The notes: generated by a model from the letters alone, not told the origin. Positions 45,230 through 54,979 are shown, counted from the first letter of the stretch. The stretch is 64,000 nucleotides of DNA from Terriglobia bacterium (GCA_020073205.1 JAIQFR010000009.1:17071-81070), one strand, 5' to 3'. A program made the numbers and translations.

Positions 45230-47527
45230 TTGGTCGAGACGACGGTTCCCGGTGCGGTCGCTGCGGCGGGCAAGGTGCTGAAGTTGGACTTGCCGGTCCT
45301 CGGCATGAACTGCGCCGCGTGCGTGCGCCACGTGGAAAAAGCGCTCGCGGCGACACCTGGCGTCCGCTCCGCCAGCGTCAACCTCGCCACGAACCGGGCC
45401 ACCGTCACCTTCGACCCGATGGCGGTCGGTGTCGCGGACCTCGCGGCTTCGGTCAAGACCGCGGGGTACGAGCTCGTGCTCCCGGCGCCCGCGCCGCCGG
45501 AAGGCACGGCGAGGGATCCGGAAGCCGCGGCGCGGGAGCGGGAGACCGCGGAGGCCAGGCGTCGCTTCGCGGTGGCCGCCGCCCTCGGCCTCCCGGTCCT
45601 CGTCCTGGGCATGGCCCACGGCGCGCTCCGCGTCCGGGGAGCGAGCTTCATCGAGCTTGCTCTCACCTTGCCGATCGTCCTGTACAGCGGCCGGTCGTAC
45701 TACACCCGGGCGTGGGCCGCCCTCCGGCACCGCACCGTCGACATGAACACGCTGATCGCCCTGGGCACCGGCGCGGCGCTCCTGTACTCGCTGGCCGCCA
45801 CGGTCGCCCCGGGACTCGTCGCTCCCGGGCGCGGCGCATCGCCGCACGCCGCCCCGCCGGTCTATTTCGAGGCCGTCGCGGGGATCATCGCGCTCGTCCT
45901 CCTCGGCAAGCTCCTCGAGACCCGCGCCCGGGCCCGCACGTCCTCCGCGATCCGGAAGCTCGCTCGCCTCCAGGCGAAGAGCGCGCGGGTGATCCGCGGC
46001 GGCGAGGAAATCGAGATCTCGCTGGACGCGGTCGCCGTCGGCGACGTGGTCGTGGTGCGCCCCGGCGAGAGGATTCCCGTGGACGGCGAGGTCCAGGAAG
46101 GGGATTCGCGGGTGGACGAGTCCATGCTCACCGGCGAGAGCTCCCCGGTGCCGAAGGGCCCCGGTGCCTCGGTCTCCGGCGGCACGATGAACCGCACCGG
46201 GTCGTTTCGATTCCGCGTGACGCGGATCGGAAAGGACACGGTTCTCCAGCAGATCCTCCGGATGGTCGAGGAGGCCCAGGGCTCGAGGGCGCCGATCCAG
46301 CGTCTCGCGGACCGGGTCGCCGCGGTCTTCGTGCCGGCGGTGCTCCTGGCGGCGGCCCTGACCTTTCTCGCGTGGTTCCTCGCGGCGCCTCCCGAGACCC
46401 GCCTCGCCGCCGCGCTGGTCAACGCGGTCGCGGTGCTGATCATCGCGTGTCCCTGCGCCATGGGCCTCGCGACCCCCACCGCGATCCTGGTCGCCACCGG
46501 TCGGGGGGCCGAGGCAGGGATCCTGGTCAAGGGGGGCGGGGCGCTCGAGTCGGCGGGCACGATCGACACCGTCGTCCTCGACAAAACGGGCACGGTGACC
46601 CTCGGCTCTCCCGCGGTGACCGACGCGATCCCCACGGAGGGCGGGGGCTCCGAGGACGAGCTGTTGCGCCTCGCCGCGTCGGCGGAGGCGGGCTCGGAGC
46701 ACCCGGTGGGCGAGGCGATCGTGGCCGAGGCGCGGCGGCGAGGTCTCGTGCTCTCGCCGTTCTCCGGCTTCGACGCGAGGCCGGGCCGAGGGATCGTGGC
46801 GTACGTCGAGGGACGGCGGCTCGTCCTCGGCAGCCGGCGCCTCCTGGACGAGGAGGGCGTCGCGGACGGTGGCCTCCTCGCGGGCGCCGAGGACCTCGCG
46901 GCGCGCGGAAGGACGCCGGTTTGGGTCGCGGTCGACGGGAAGCCGCTGGGGCTCATCGGGGTCGCGGATCCGGTGCGCGAAGGGGCGCGCGAGGCGATCG
47001 CCCGGATGAAGGCGCTGGGGCTCGACGTCGTGCTGCTCACCGGTGACCATCGGGCGACGGCGCAGGCGGTGGCCCGGGAGGTCGGCATCTCCACGGTGAT
47101 CTCGGAGGTCCTGCCCGACCGGAAGGCCGCGGAGATCGCGCGGCTCAAGGCAGAGGGGCGCAAGGTCGCCATGGTCGGGGACGGCATCAACGACGCGCCC
47201 GCGCTCGCGACCGCCGACCTCGGGATCGCGATCGGCACCGGGACCGACGTGGCGATCGCCGCGTCGGACGTGACGCTGGTGGGCGCGGACCTTGGCGGCG
47301 TCGTCCGCGCGATCCGCCTCGCCCGCCGCGCCATCGCGACGATCCGGCAGAACCTCTTCTGGGCGTTCGGCTACAACACCCTGGGAATCCCCATCGCCGC
47401 CGGGGTCCTGTACCCCTGGACCGGCTGGCTGCTCTCCCCGGTGCTCGCCTCGGCCGCGATGGCGCTGTCGAGCGTCTCGGTGGTGAGCAACAGCCTGAGA
47501 TTGCGCAAGGCCGACCTCGGGGACTAG
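45230..47527 (+). CDS. copA: Copper-translocating P1B-type ATPase
   Basis: N-terminal HMA domain [15 protein letters not shown], the CPC motif ([13 protein letters not shown]), DKTGTVT and [10 protein letters not shown]. Confidence 0.95.
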   Translation: MVETTVPGAVAAAGKVLKLDLPVLGMNCAACVRHVEKALAATPGVRSASVNLATNRATVTFDPMAVGVADLAASVKTAGYELVLPAPAPPEGTARDPEAAARERETAEARRRFAVAAALGLPVLVLGMAHGALRVRGASFIELALTLPIVLYSGRSYYTRAWAALRHRTVDMNTLIALGTGAALLYSLAATVAPGLVAPGRGASPHAAPPVYFEAVAGIIALVLLGKLLETRARARTSSAIRKLARLQAKSARVIRGGEEIEISLDAVAVGDVVVVRPGERIPVDGEVQEGDSRVDESMLTGESSPVPKGPGASVSGGTMNRTGSFRFRVTRIGKDTVLQQILRMVEEAQGSRAPIQRLADRVAAVFVPAVLLAAALTFLAWFLAAPPETRLAAALVNAVAVLIIACPCAMGLATPTAILVATGRGAEAGILVKGGGALESAGTIDTVVLDKTGTVTLGSPAVTDAIPTEGGGSEDELLRLAASAEAGSEHPVGEAIVAEARRRGLVLSPFSGFDARPGRGIVAYVEGRRLVLGSRRLLDEEGVADGGLLAGAEDLAARGRTPVWVAVDGKPLGLIGVADPVREGAREAIARMKALGLDVVLLTGDHRATAQAVAREVGISTVISEVLPDRKAAEIARLKAEGRKVAMVGDGINDAPALATADLGIAIGTGTDVAIAASDVTLVGADLGGVVRAIRLARRAIATIRQNLFWAFGYNTLGIPIAAGVLYPWTGWLLSPVLASAAMALSSVSVVSNSLRLRKADLGD

Positions 47528-47853
47528 GTGCTCTTCGAGGCGCCGAGCGCGGCCACCGCTAGGAGGCCGGCCGCGACGAGGCTGAGCGCCAGGAGGGCCC
47601 CCGAAGGCATGACCTTCCCCGTGCGAGCGAGCCTCACGACGAACATCCCGGACAGCACGAGCGCCAGGGCGGTCCCGGCCCAGTATCCCATCGGAGGGTT
47701 CGTGGTGGAGAGCCGCCAAGCCACCAGGAGCAGGATCGCGCTCGCCGTGCCGGCGATAAGCGACGGCCTGGAGCCCGCCTTCGCGTACCCGGCGATCCCG
47801 CCCAGCAGCATGAGCGCCGCGTAGACCAGGAGAACCACTCGTCCGAGCGCCAT
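47524..47853 (-). CDS. Small 4-TM membrane protein (TMEM14/UPF0136-like)
   Basis: 109 aa with four hydrophobic helices and [11 protein letters not shown] near the N-terminus. Its stop codon overlaps the copA stop. Confidence 0.6.
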   Translation of the reverse strand: MALGRVVLLVYAALMLLGGIAGYAKAGSRPSLIAGTASAILLLVAWRLSTTNPPMGYWAGTALALVLSGMFVVRLARTGKVMPSGALLALSLVAAGLLAVAALGASKST

Positions 47854-47879
47854 ACCTCTCCCCTACCTCGGCCGCAGAA

Positions 47880-48317
47880 CTACGCGGCCTTGAGATCCGA
47901 CGTGCAATGCGGGCAGCGAGTCGCCTTCAGCGGGATCATCGACAGGCAGCGGCTGCACTCCTTCGTGCTGGGCGCCGCCGGGGGAGCTTCCTTCTTGAGG
48001 CGATTCATCTGCCGGATGAGCAGGAAGATCACGAAGGCGACGATCAGGAAGTCGATCACGGTGTTGATGAACGCGCCGTAGTTGATCGTCGCCGCGCCGG
48101 CCGCCTTCGCCGCCGCGAGGGAGGGGTGCCCTTGACCCGACAGGTCGACGAACAGGTTCGAGAAGTCCACCTTGCCCAGCAGGAGCCCGATCGGGGGCAT
48201 CAGGATGTCGTTGACCACGGACGATATGATCTTCCCGAACGCGGCGCCGATGATGATGCCCACGGCCATGTCGACCACGTTCCCCTTCATCGCGAATTCC
48301 TTGAACTCCTTCAGCAT
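47880..48317 (-). CDS. mscL: Large-conductance mechanosensitive channel MscL with a C-terminal CxxC...CxxC tail
   Basis: [33 protein letters not shown] at 48317 follows AAAGGAGGAA. The tail is [22 protein letters not shown]. Confidence 0.9.
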   Translation of the reverse strand: MLKEFKEFAMKGNVVDMAVGIIIGAAFGKIISSVVNDILMPPIGLLLGKVDFSNLFVDLSGQGHPSLAAAKAAGAATINYGAFINTVIDFLIVAFVIFLLIRQMNRLKKEAPPAAPSTKECSRCLSMIPLKATRCPHCTSDLKAA

Positions 48318-48406
48318 GGGTTCCTCCTTTTCTCTCGTTGGCTCGCCATCGCTGCTCGTCCGGGGGCCGCCGAGCCGGCCTGTCGCGCCGCTCAACCGTT
48401 TCATCC

Positions 48407-48412
48407 TACAAT
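48407..48412 (+). promoter_or_regulatory. Candidate -10 hexamer TACAAT upstream of dsrC
   Basis: ccTACAATgg lies 43 nt upstream of ATG 48455, in the divergent mscL/dsrC intergenic region. Confidence 0.35.
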
Positions 48413-48454
48413 GGCGCCTTCGCGCAACGGACCTTTTTTTCCGAGGCGGAGATC

Positions 48455-48763
48455 ATGAAAGTCGGCGACGACGAATACCCCATCGACGGCAATGGCTTCC
48501 TCCAGCACCCGGAGACGTGGGGACCCGCGGTGGCGGAGGCGATCGCCCGCGAAGAGGGGATACCCGAGATGACCGGGCCGCACTGGGCGGTGGTGAATTT
48601 CATCCGGACGTACTGGATGGAGCACGATCTCGCGCCGCCCGTGCGCGTCCTCTGCAAGGAGGCGAACCTCGGGGTCCGCGACGTGTTCAGACTGTTCCGG
48701 TCGGGCCCGGCCAAGGGCGCGTGCCGAATCGCCGGCCTCCCGAAGCCCGACGGCTGCGTCTAG
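48455..48763 (+). CDS. dsrC: DsrC/TusE-family sulfur-relay protein with both C-terminal cysteines (DsrC-type)
   Basis: 102 aa. The C-terminus is GPAKGACRIAGLPKPDGCV, a Cys-x10-Cys-Val terminus. ATG at 48455 follows GAGGCGGAG. Confidence 0.85.
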   Translation: MKVGDDEYPIDGNGFLQHPETWGPAVAEAIAREEGIPEMTGPHWAVVNFIRTYWMEHDLAPPVRVLCKEANLGVRDVFRLFRSGPAKGACRIAGLPKPDGCV

Positions 48764-48773
48764 GCCGGCTCCC

Positions 48774-49417
48774 ATGGCGTCCCTGTCCCTCGTGCTGCTC
48801 GTGACGTCCGCCGTGTGGGCGGCGGCGGCGCTCGCGGTCCAGGCGAGCGCGGCGCGCCGCGGGATCCGCGCGCCCCGGGCGCCGGCGGCGGGGCGGGCGG
48901 CGCGCGGCATCCTCTACGGTTTCACGACCGCCATGCTGCCGACGAGGAAGGAATCGGCGGGACGGCACCCCGTCGCCTTCACCGCGGGCCTGCTGCTCCA
49001 TCTCGGCGTCGCGGCGTCGCTCCTCACCGTGCTGCTCTCCGCGCGCTCGCCCCGCCTCTCGCTCTCTCCTCGTGGCGCCTCCTCCTGGCGCCGCTCGCCG
49101 GGGCGGGGGTCGCGGCGGGCCTGCTCCTCCTGGTGAAGCGGCTCGCGACCGCGGAGCTCCGGAGGATCAGCCCTCCCGACGACTACCTCGCGAGCCTGAT
49201 GATCGCGGCGCTCCTTTCGGGTGCTGTGGCCTTCTGGGCCGGCGTCCTGTCCGCCGTCGCGCTCAGGATCGTCGCGACGATCCTGCTCGTCTATCTTCCC
49301 GTCGGGAAGCTCCGCCACGCGGTCTTCTTCTACCTCGCTCGAGCCGACCTGAGCGGGAGGCTGGGGTTCCGCGGAGTCTATCCCCCCGGCGGAGGCGGCG
49401 ATGGCGGACGCGGCTGA
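48774..49417 (+). pseudogene. NarI/DsrM-like membrane (cytochrome b-type) subunit, apparently frameshifted near 49040-49050
   Basis: Frame A (from 48774) reads TM1 plus PTRKESAGRHPVAFTAGLLLHLGVAASLLTVLLSA. Frame B continues LALSSWRLLLAPLAGAGVAAGLLLLVKRL..PPDDYLASLMIAALLSG..YLPVGKLRHAVFFYLAR, a NarI-like xKLxH motif. Neither frame alone gives a sensible membrane protein. Confidence 0.6.
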
Positions 49418-50759
49418 TCGCGCGGGCCGCGTCGATCTCGTCGCGGCGCTCCGCGCCCTCGACGGGGTCGCGGGAAGCCGCGCGGAGCTGCACGCGAAGG
49501 CGTGCGTCCGCTGCGGGCTGTGCGGCCAGAGCTGCCACTTCTACCTGGCCGACCCGGTGCCGGAGAACCTCCCGGCGGCGAAGGTCGAGAAGCTCGCGTC
49601 GCTGCTCCGCGGACGCCGCTCGCTCCTCGGCCGAAACGCCCCCTGGCTCTCCCGCGCTCGAGACCTCACGCCGGACGCGCTCGAGGAGCTGGCGGACGCG
49701 GTCTTCGGGCGGTGCACCGGGTGCGGCCGCTGCTCGCTCCACTGCTCGGTCGGCCTCGACGTCTCGGCCGTGATGCAGGCGGCCCGGCGGGTGCTGGGGG
49801 CGGCGGGGCTCACCCCCTCCGGGTTGAGGCAGACCCTCGACAACCAGATCCGCGACGGAAACCAGATGTCCATCCCCCGGGAGGAGCTGGTCGAGACCGC
49901 GTCATGGCTCTCGGAGGAGCTGGCGCGGGAGACGGGGGACAAGGAGGCCCGCGTCCGCGTGGACGAGACCGGGAGCCGCGTGCTCTACCTCGTCAACCCC
50001 CGCGAGGTGAAGTTCTTCCCTCTCTCGCTCCAGGCGGCGGCCGGGGTGTTCCACGCGGCGGGAGAGAGCTGGACGCTGTCGAGCCGCGTGTTCGACGTGA
50101 CGAACTACGGCTTCTTCGCGGCGGACGACGCTTCCGCGGCGGAGCTGACGCGCCGTGCCGTGGAAGAGGCGAAGCGCCTCGGCGCCTCCGAGATCGTGGT
50201 GTCGGAGTGCGGCCACGGTTTCCGGTCCTTCCGCTGGGAAGGTCCCGAGTGGCTCGACGGCGCGTACCCCGTCCGGGTCAGGAGCGTTCTCGAGCTGCTC
50301 GACGAGTACCTCGCGGGGGACCGGCTGCTCGTCGACCCTTCGAGGAACGCGCTGCCTCTGACCCTCCACGACCCGTGCAACCTGGTCCGCTGGGGCGGGA
50401 TCGTCGACCCGCAGCGGCGGGTGCTCGCGCGCGTGGCGGAGAAGCTCGTCGAGATGACGCCGAACCGCGAGCAGAACTACTGCTGCGGCGGCGGCGGCGG
50501 GCTCCTGGCCATGGAGGAGTACGGCGAGCGGAGGATCTCGAGCGGCGCGATCAAGGCGGCCCAGATTCGCGACACGGGGGCGCGGATCGTGGCCTGCCCC
50601 TGCCACAACTGCGCCGACCAGCTCCTCGAGCTCGCGCGGGTCCACGCCCTCGAGGTCGAGATCCGCTCGGTGGTCGAGATCGTCTACGACGCCATTGACT
50701 GGAGCGGCATCGCCTCCCGCTCGCGGCCCGTGGCCGAGGACGCCGGCCGAGATGCTTAG
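49401..50759 (+). CDS. HdrD/DsrK-like Fe-S protein (two ferredoxin-type 4Fe-4S motifs plus two CCG domains)
   Basis: CVRCGLCGQSCHFY and CTGCGRCSLHCSVG are the ferredoxin-type motifs. The CCG-type motifs are ECGHGFRSF..DPCNLVR and NYCCGGGGG..ACPCHNCADQL. It overlaps the upstream membrane gene by 17 nt. Confidence 0.8.
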   Translation: MADAADRAGRVDLVAALRALDGVAGSRAELHAKACVRCGLCGQSCHFYLADPVPENLPAAKVEKLASLLRGRRSLLGRNAPWLSRARDLTPDALEELADAVFGRCTGCGRCSLHCSVGLDVSAVMQAARRVLGAAGLTPSGLRQTLDNQIRDGNQMSIPREELVETASWLSEELARETGDKEARVRVDETGSRVLYLVNPREVKFFPLSLQAAAGVFHAAGESWTLSSRVFDVTNYGFFAADDASAAELTRRAVEEAKRLGASEIVVSECGHGFRSFRWEGPEWLDGAYPVRVRSVLELLDEYLAGDRLLVDPSRNALPLTLHDPCNLVRWGGIVDPQRRVLARVAEKLVEMTPNREQNYCCGGGGGLLAMEEYGERRISSGAIKAAQIRDTGARIVACPCHNCADQLLELARVHALEVEIRSVVEIVYDAIDWSGIASRSRPVAEDAGRDA

Positions 50760-51558
50760 CCGGTTCCTGATCCTGCCGCTCGTGATCGGGGCGTCGGCCC
50801 TCGGCGCCGCCGAGGCCGGCGCGTTCCGGGTCGGACCCTGGGGGCTCACCTACGCCCGCTACGATGCCGCGCTCTTCGGCCCCGAGCAGCCGCTCCCCCT
50901 CGTCCTCGATGCGGAAGGCATCGCGCTCGGCCCGGGCCGCAAGCTCGAGGGAGCCCGCCTGCTCGTGATCAAGGCGGAGCGGCGGTGCGAGCTGTGGGTG
51001 GGCGACCGCATGGTCAAGGCGTATCGGATCCAGCTCAGCCAGCAATCGAGGGGAGCCAAGAGCCGGCGCTACGACCAGCGCACGCCCGAGGGGAACTACG
51101 CGATCTGCGCCCATCGGCCGTCGAAGTATCACCGCAGCCTGTGGATCAGCTACCCCGGCCTCGAGGACGCCGATCGGGGCGTGAAGGAGAAGCGGATCGG
51201 CGAGGCTCAGCGCCGGAAGATCGCCGAGGCGCTCGATCGCGGCGAATGCCCGCCCCAGAACACGCGCCTCGGCGGGCTTATCATGCTCCACGGCCAGCAG
51301 CGGTCGCTCACGCGCTCGCTCCGCCGCGCTCACCGCCGGGAGCGCGCCGCGGCGCGCACGGATTTCGGAGAGGGGGACGCGGACCCCGGCGCGATGGGCG
51401 AGTACCACGATTGGACCGCGGGGTGCATCGCCTTGTTCAATCCGGACATTCGCGAGCTGTACGACCTGCTCGCCGACGGTACGCCGGTGTCGATCGTCGC
51501 CTTAGGCCCCGTGACGCGCCCGGCCCTCCCGACCCCGGCGGGTGGAGCGGGGCGATGA
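50752..51558 (+). CDS. YkuD-fold L,D-transpeptidase family protein (YafK/COG3034-like) with an insertion before the catalytic Cys
   Basis: It has a signal-like N-terminus. Family motifs are RTPEGNYAICAHRPSKYHRSLWISYP..D and GGLIMLHGQ...DWTAGCIALFNPDIRELYDLLADGTPVSIV. The start overlaps the upstream stop by 8 nt. Confidence 0.7.
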   Translation: MLSRFLILPLVIGASALGAAEAGAFRVGPWGLTYARYDAALFGPEQPLPLVLDAEGIALGPGRKLEGARLLVIKAERRCELWVGDRMVKAYRIQLSQQSRGAKSRRYDQRTPEGNYAICAHRPSKYHRSLWISYPGLEDADRGVKEKRIGEAQRRKIAEALDRGECPPQNTRLGGLIMLHGQQRSLTRSLRRAHRRERAAARTDFGEGDADPGAMGEYHDWTAGCIALFNPDIRELYDLLADGTPVSIVALGPVTRPALPTPAGGAGR

Positions 51559-53801
51559 ACGAAGCCATCCTCGGGATCTCCGCCTACTACCACGACAGCG
51601 CCGCGTGCCTCGTGGTGGGCGGGCGCATCGTGGCGGCGGCCCAGGAGGAGCGCTTCACCCGCCTCAAGCACGACTCCGGGTTCCCGAGCCATGCGGTCGC
51701 CTACTGTCTCGAGCAGGGGGGCCTCCGGTCCGCCTACGAGCTCGATTACGTCGTCTTCTACGACAAGCCCGTCCTCAAGTTCGAGAGGCTGCTCGAGACC
51801 TACCTGCGGTACGCGCCGCGAGGGATCCGCTCGTTCGTCAAGGCCATGCCTCTCTGGCTCAAGAAGAAGCTCTGGATGCGGGAGAACATCGGCGAGGAGC
51901 TGGACTACGACGGGAAGATCCTCTTCACCGAGCATCACCAGGCCCACGCCGCGAGCGCGTTCTTCCCCTCGCCGTTCCCGGCGGCCGCGATTCTGACCCT
52001 CGACGGGGTCGGCGAATGGGCGACGGCAAGCCTCGGACTGGGCGAGGGGAACACGATCCGGATCCTCAAGGAGATCCACTTCCCGCACTCGCTGGGGCTC
52101 TTCTACTCCGCCTTCACGTATTTCACCGGATTCAAGGTCAACAGCGGCGAGTACAAACTCATGGGTCTCGCGCCTTACGGTGAGCCGACGTACGCGGACC
52201 TGATCCTGGACGAGCTGATCGACCTCAGGGAGGACGGCTCGTTCAAGTTGAACCTCCGGTACTTCGATTACTGCGCCGGGCTCCGGATGACGAACCGGCG
52301 GTTCGATCGCCTGTTCGGCGGGCCGCCGCGGCCGCCGGAGGGCAGGCTCACGCAGCGCGAAATGGACATGGCGGCGTCGATCCAGGTCGTGACCGAGAAG
52401 GTCATGCTCAACATGGCCCGGTTCGCCCGTGAGCAGACCGGCTCCCCCAACCTCGTGATGGCGGGCGGCGTGGCCCTGAACTGCGTGGGGAACGGCAAGA
52501 TCCTCCGCGAGGGGCTCTTCCGGCGGATCTGGATCCAGCCCGCCGCCGGAGACGCCGGTGGAGCGTTGGGGGCGGCGCTCTTCGTCCATCACCAGGTGCT
52601 CGGCCACGGCCGCGTGGTGGACGGATCGAAGGACCTCCAGCAAGCCACGCTGCTCGGCCCCTCCTATGGCGACGTCGAGATCGGCCGATTCGTCGCCGAA
52701 CGCGGGATCCGTGCGGCACGTTTCGACGACTTCGACGCTCTCCTGGATCGCGTGACCGACCTGATGCAGCAGGAGAACGTGATCGGCTGGTTCCAGGGAC
52801 GGATGGAATTCGGACCCCGTGCGCTCGGATCCCGCTCCATCCTCGGCGACGCGCGAAGTCGCGAGATGCAGAGCAAGATGAATCTCAAGATCAAGTTCCG
52901 GGAGTCGTTCCGTCCCTTCGCCCCGTCCGTCATGAAGGAGCACGCCCGCGACTACTTCGAGCTGGACGTCGAGAGCCCCTACATGCTCCTCACCGCGCCG
53001 GTCCACCCGCAACGACGCCTGCCGGTTCAGGGTGACCGTCACCGTGGCCTGGACAAGCTCAAGACGATCCGTTCCACCGTGCCGGCGATCACGCACGTGG
53101 ACTACTCGGCGCGCATCCAGACCGTTTCGCGCGAGGACCATCCGCGCTACCACCGCCTTCTGGAGAAGTTCTACGAGAAGACGGGGTGCCCGGTGATCGT
53201 GAATACTTCGTTCAACGTCCGGGGCGAGCCGATCGTGGCCACACCGGAGGACGCCTACCGTTGCTTCGCCCGCACGAACATGGACTACCTCGTCCTGGGG
53301 AGTTACCTCGTCGATCGGCGGGATCAGAGCCTCCCGGCCCGGGACGCCGCGCGGACGAAGGAACTCGAACTGGATTGTAGGAGGGCGAAAGCCGTGCGCA
53401 GGAAGAAGCCGGGGGAAGCAACGCAGGCGCGTCGGTTCGCCCTGATCCTCGTCGTCTTCTTCCTCGCCCTGGCCGCGTTCTCGGCGTGGCGGAGAAGCGG
53501 GGACCGCGCCGTCGCGTGGTCGTCCGCGGCCGCCGCCGTTTCTCTCTCGGCGCTCCTGTTCTTCCCCCTGTGGCTGCGCCTCTTCCGCGTGTGGATGAAG
53601 TTCGCGGAAGCGCTGTCGTGGGTCATGACCCGGGTCATCCTCGGCGTCTTCTACTACGTGGTGCTCGCTCCCTTCGCGCTCCTGTCGCGCGGCTTCCGCG
53701 AGGACCCCCTCGACCTGGCCTGGAAGGACGGGAAGCCGACGTACTGGGTCGAGAGGGAGGAGCGGGAAGCCACGCTTACGTCCTGCGAGAAGATGTTCTA
53801 G
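51555..53801 (+). CDS. NodU/CmcH-family carbamoyltransferase fused to a C-terminal SxtJ-like membrane domain
   Basis: MNEAILGISAYYHDSAACLV..EERFTRLKHDSGFP..VNTSFNVRGEPIV. The frame continues without a stop into FALILVVFFLALAAF...LFRVWMKFAEALSWVMTRVILGVFYYVVLAPFALLSRGFREDPL..KPTYWV. Its start forms an ATGA overlap with the upstream gene. Confidence 0.8.
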   Translation: MNEAILGISAYYHDSAACLVVGGRIVAAAQEERFTRLKHDSGFPSHAVAYCLEQGGLRSAYELDYVVFYDKPVLKFERLLETYLRYAPRGIRSFVKAMPLWLKKKLWMRENIGEELDYDGKILFTEHHQAHAASAFFPSPFPAAAILTLDGVGEWATASLGLGEGNTIRILKEIHFPHSLGLFYSAFTYFTGFKVNSGEYKLMGLAPYGEPTYADLILDELIDLREDGSFKLNLRYFDYCAGLRMTNRRFDRLFGGPPRPPEGRLTQREMDMAASIQVVTEKVMLNMARFAREQTGSPNLVMAGGVALNCVGNGKILREGLFRRIWIQPAAGDAGGALGAALFVHHQVLGHGRVVDGSKDLQQATLLGPSYGDVEIGRFVAERGIRAARFDDFDALLDRVTDLMQQENVIGWFQGRMEFGPRALGSRSILGDARSREMQSKMNLKIKFRESFRPFAPSVMKEHARDYFELDVESPYMLLTAPVHPQRRLPVQGDRHRGLDKLKTIRSTVPAITHVDYSARIQTVSREDHPRYHRLLEKFYEKTGCPVIVNTSFNVRGEPIVATPEDAYRCFARTNMDYLVLGSYLVDRRDQSLPARDAARTKELELDCRRAKAVRRKKPGEATQARRFALILVVFFLALAAFSAWRRSGDRAVAWSSAAAAVSLSALLFFPLWLRLFRVWMKFAEALSWVMTRVILGVFYYVVLAPFALLSRGFREDPLDLAWKDGKPTYWVEREEREATLTSCEKMF

Positions 53802-54979
53802 CCGTTCCGATCGGCGGCGATCTCCCCGACCGCGCGAACCGCCGTCTCCACGTGCTCGCGCGTGTTGAACGGTCCGATGGAGAAGCGGACGGTGCCGCGC
53901 GGCGCCGTGCCGAGGTGCTCGTGGACGAGCGGCGAGCACTGGAGGCCGGTGCGGGTCTGGATGCCGTACTCCACGTCGAGGATCGTGCCGATGTCGGAGG
54001 GGTCGTAGCCGTCCACGGTGATCGACGAGACCGCGACGCGACGGTCGAGCCGCTTCGTGCCGTGGAGCCGCACCCCCTTGATCTGGGAGAAGCCGTCCTC
54101 GAGCCTCCCCAGGAGCTCCAGCTCGTGCCGCAGGATCGCGTCCATCCCCCGCCCCTCGATCCAGTCGTGTCCCGCCCTGAGCCCGGCGATCCCGAGGAGG
54201 TTGAGCGTCCCGGCCTCGAGACGGTACGGGTACTCCTCCAGGTGGTACAGCTCCGCGGACCGCACGCCCGTCCCTCCCCAGACGGTCGCCGTGACGGAGG
54301 CGTCGTCGGCCACGCACACCCCTCCCGTCCCCGTCGGGCCGAACAGACCCTTGTGCCCGGTGAAGCAGACGAAGTCGATCAGGCTCACGGCCATGTCGAT
54401 CGCGACGACGCCCGCGGTCTGCGCCGCGTCCACCGCGAACAGGACACCCGCCTCCCGGCAGACCTTTCCGATGGCCGAGACGTCTTGCACGGTGCCGATC
54501 ACGTTCGACGCGTGGATCACGATCACGAGCTTCGTGTTCTTCCGGATGGCCTTCCGGATCTCCCCGGGGTCCACGTACCCCTCGCCGTCGGGCCTCACGA
54601 AGGTGGCCTCGGCTCCCAGCCTGACCATGTGGTTCACGGGCCGGATCACCGAGTTGTGCTCGAGGGTGGTCGTGACGATGTGGTCCCCGGGAACGATCGT
54701 CCCCTTGATCACCACGTTCAGCGCGTGGGTGGCGTTGGCGGTGAACACCAGCCGGTTCGGGTCCTTCGCCTTCCCCGCCCGCACGAGGCTCCCGTTGAAC
54801 ATCGCGGTGAGCTTCCGGCGGGTGCCGTGGACCACCTCCTCCGCCTCGAGGGCCAGGTCGCACCCTGTCCGGCCGGGGTTGACGCCGCACTGCCGGTAGA
54901 ACCGGCTCATCGCGTCGTGCATCTCGTCCGGCTTGGGGAACGTCGTCGCCGCGTTGTCGAGGTAGATCACCTTCTGCAT
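53798..54979 (-). CDS. Class V aminotransferase-fold PLP enzyme (cysteine desulfurase family)
   Basis: IYLDNAATTFPKP, ASNVIGT and FTGHKGLFGPTGTGG (PLP-binding Lys). It is 393 aa. Confidence 0.85.
   Translation of the reverse strand: MQKVIYLDNAATTFPKPDEMHDAMSRFYRQCGVNPGRTGCDLALEAEEVVHGTRRKLTAMFNGSLVRAGKAKDPNRLVFTANATHALNVVIKGTIVPGDHIVTTTLEHNSVIRPVNHMVRLGAEATFVRPDGEGYVDPGEIRKAIRKNTKLVIVIHASNVIGTVQDVSAIGKVCREAGVLFAVDAAQTAGVVAIDMAVSLIDFVCFTGHKGLFGPTGTGGVCVADDASVTATVWGGTGVRSAELYHLEEYPYRLEAGTLNLLGIAGLRAGHDWIEGRGMDAILRHELELLGRLEDGFSQIKGVRLHGTKRLDRRVAVSSITVDGYDPSDIGTILDVEYGIQTRTGLQCSPLVHEHLGTAPRGTVRFSIGPFNTREHVETAVRAVGEIAADRNG

Noticed and set aside
48815-49060. The N-terminal part of the 200-aa frame-B ORF as the true start of the DsrM-like protein
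   Set aside because: That part translates to Gly/Arg/Pro-rich non-membrane sequence. The frame-A ORF gives a proper first TM helix and a His-containing helix, so a frame break is the simpler explanation.
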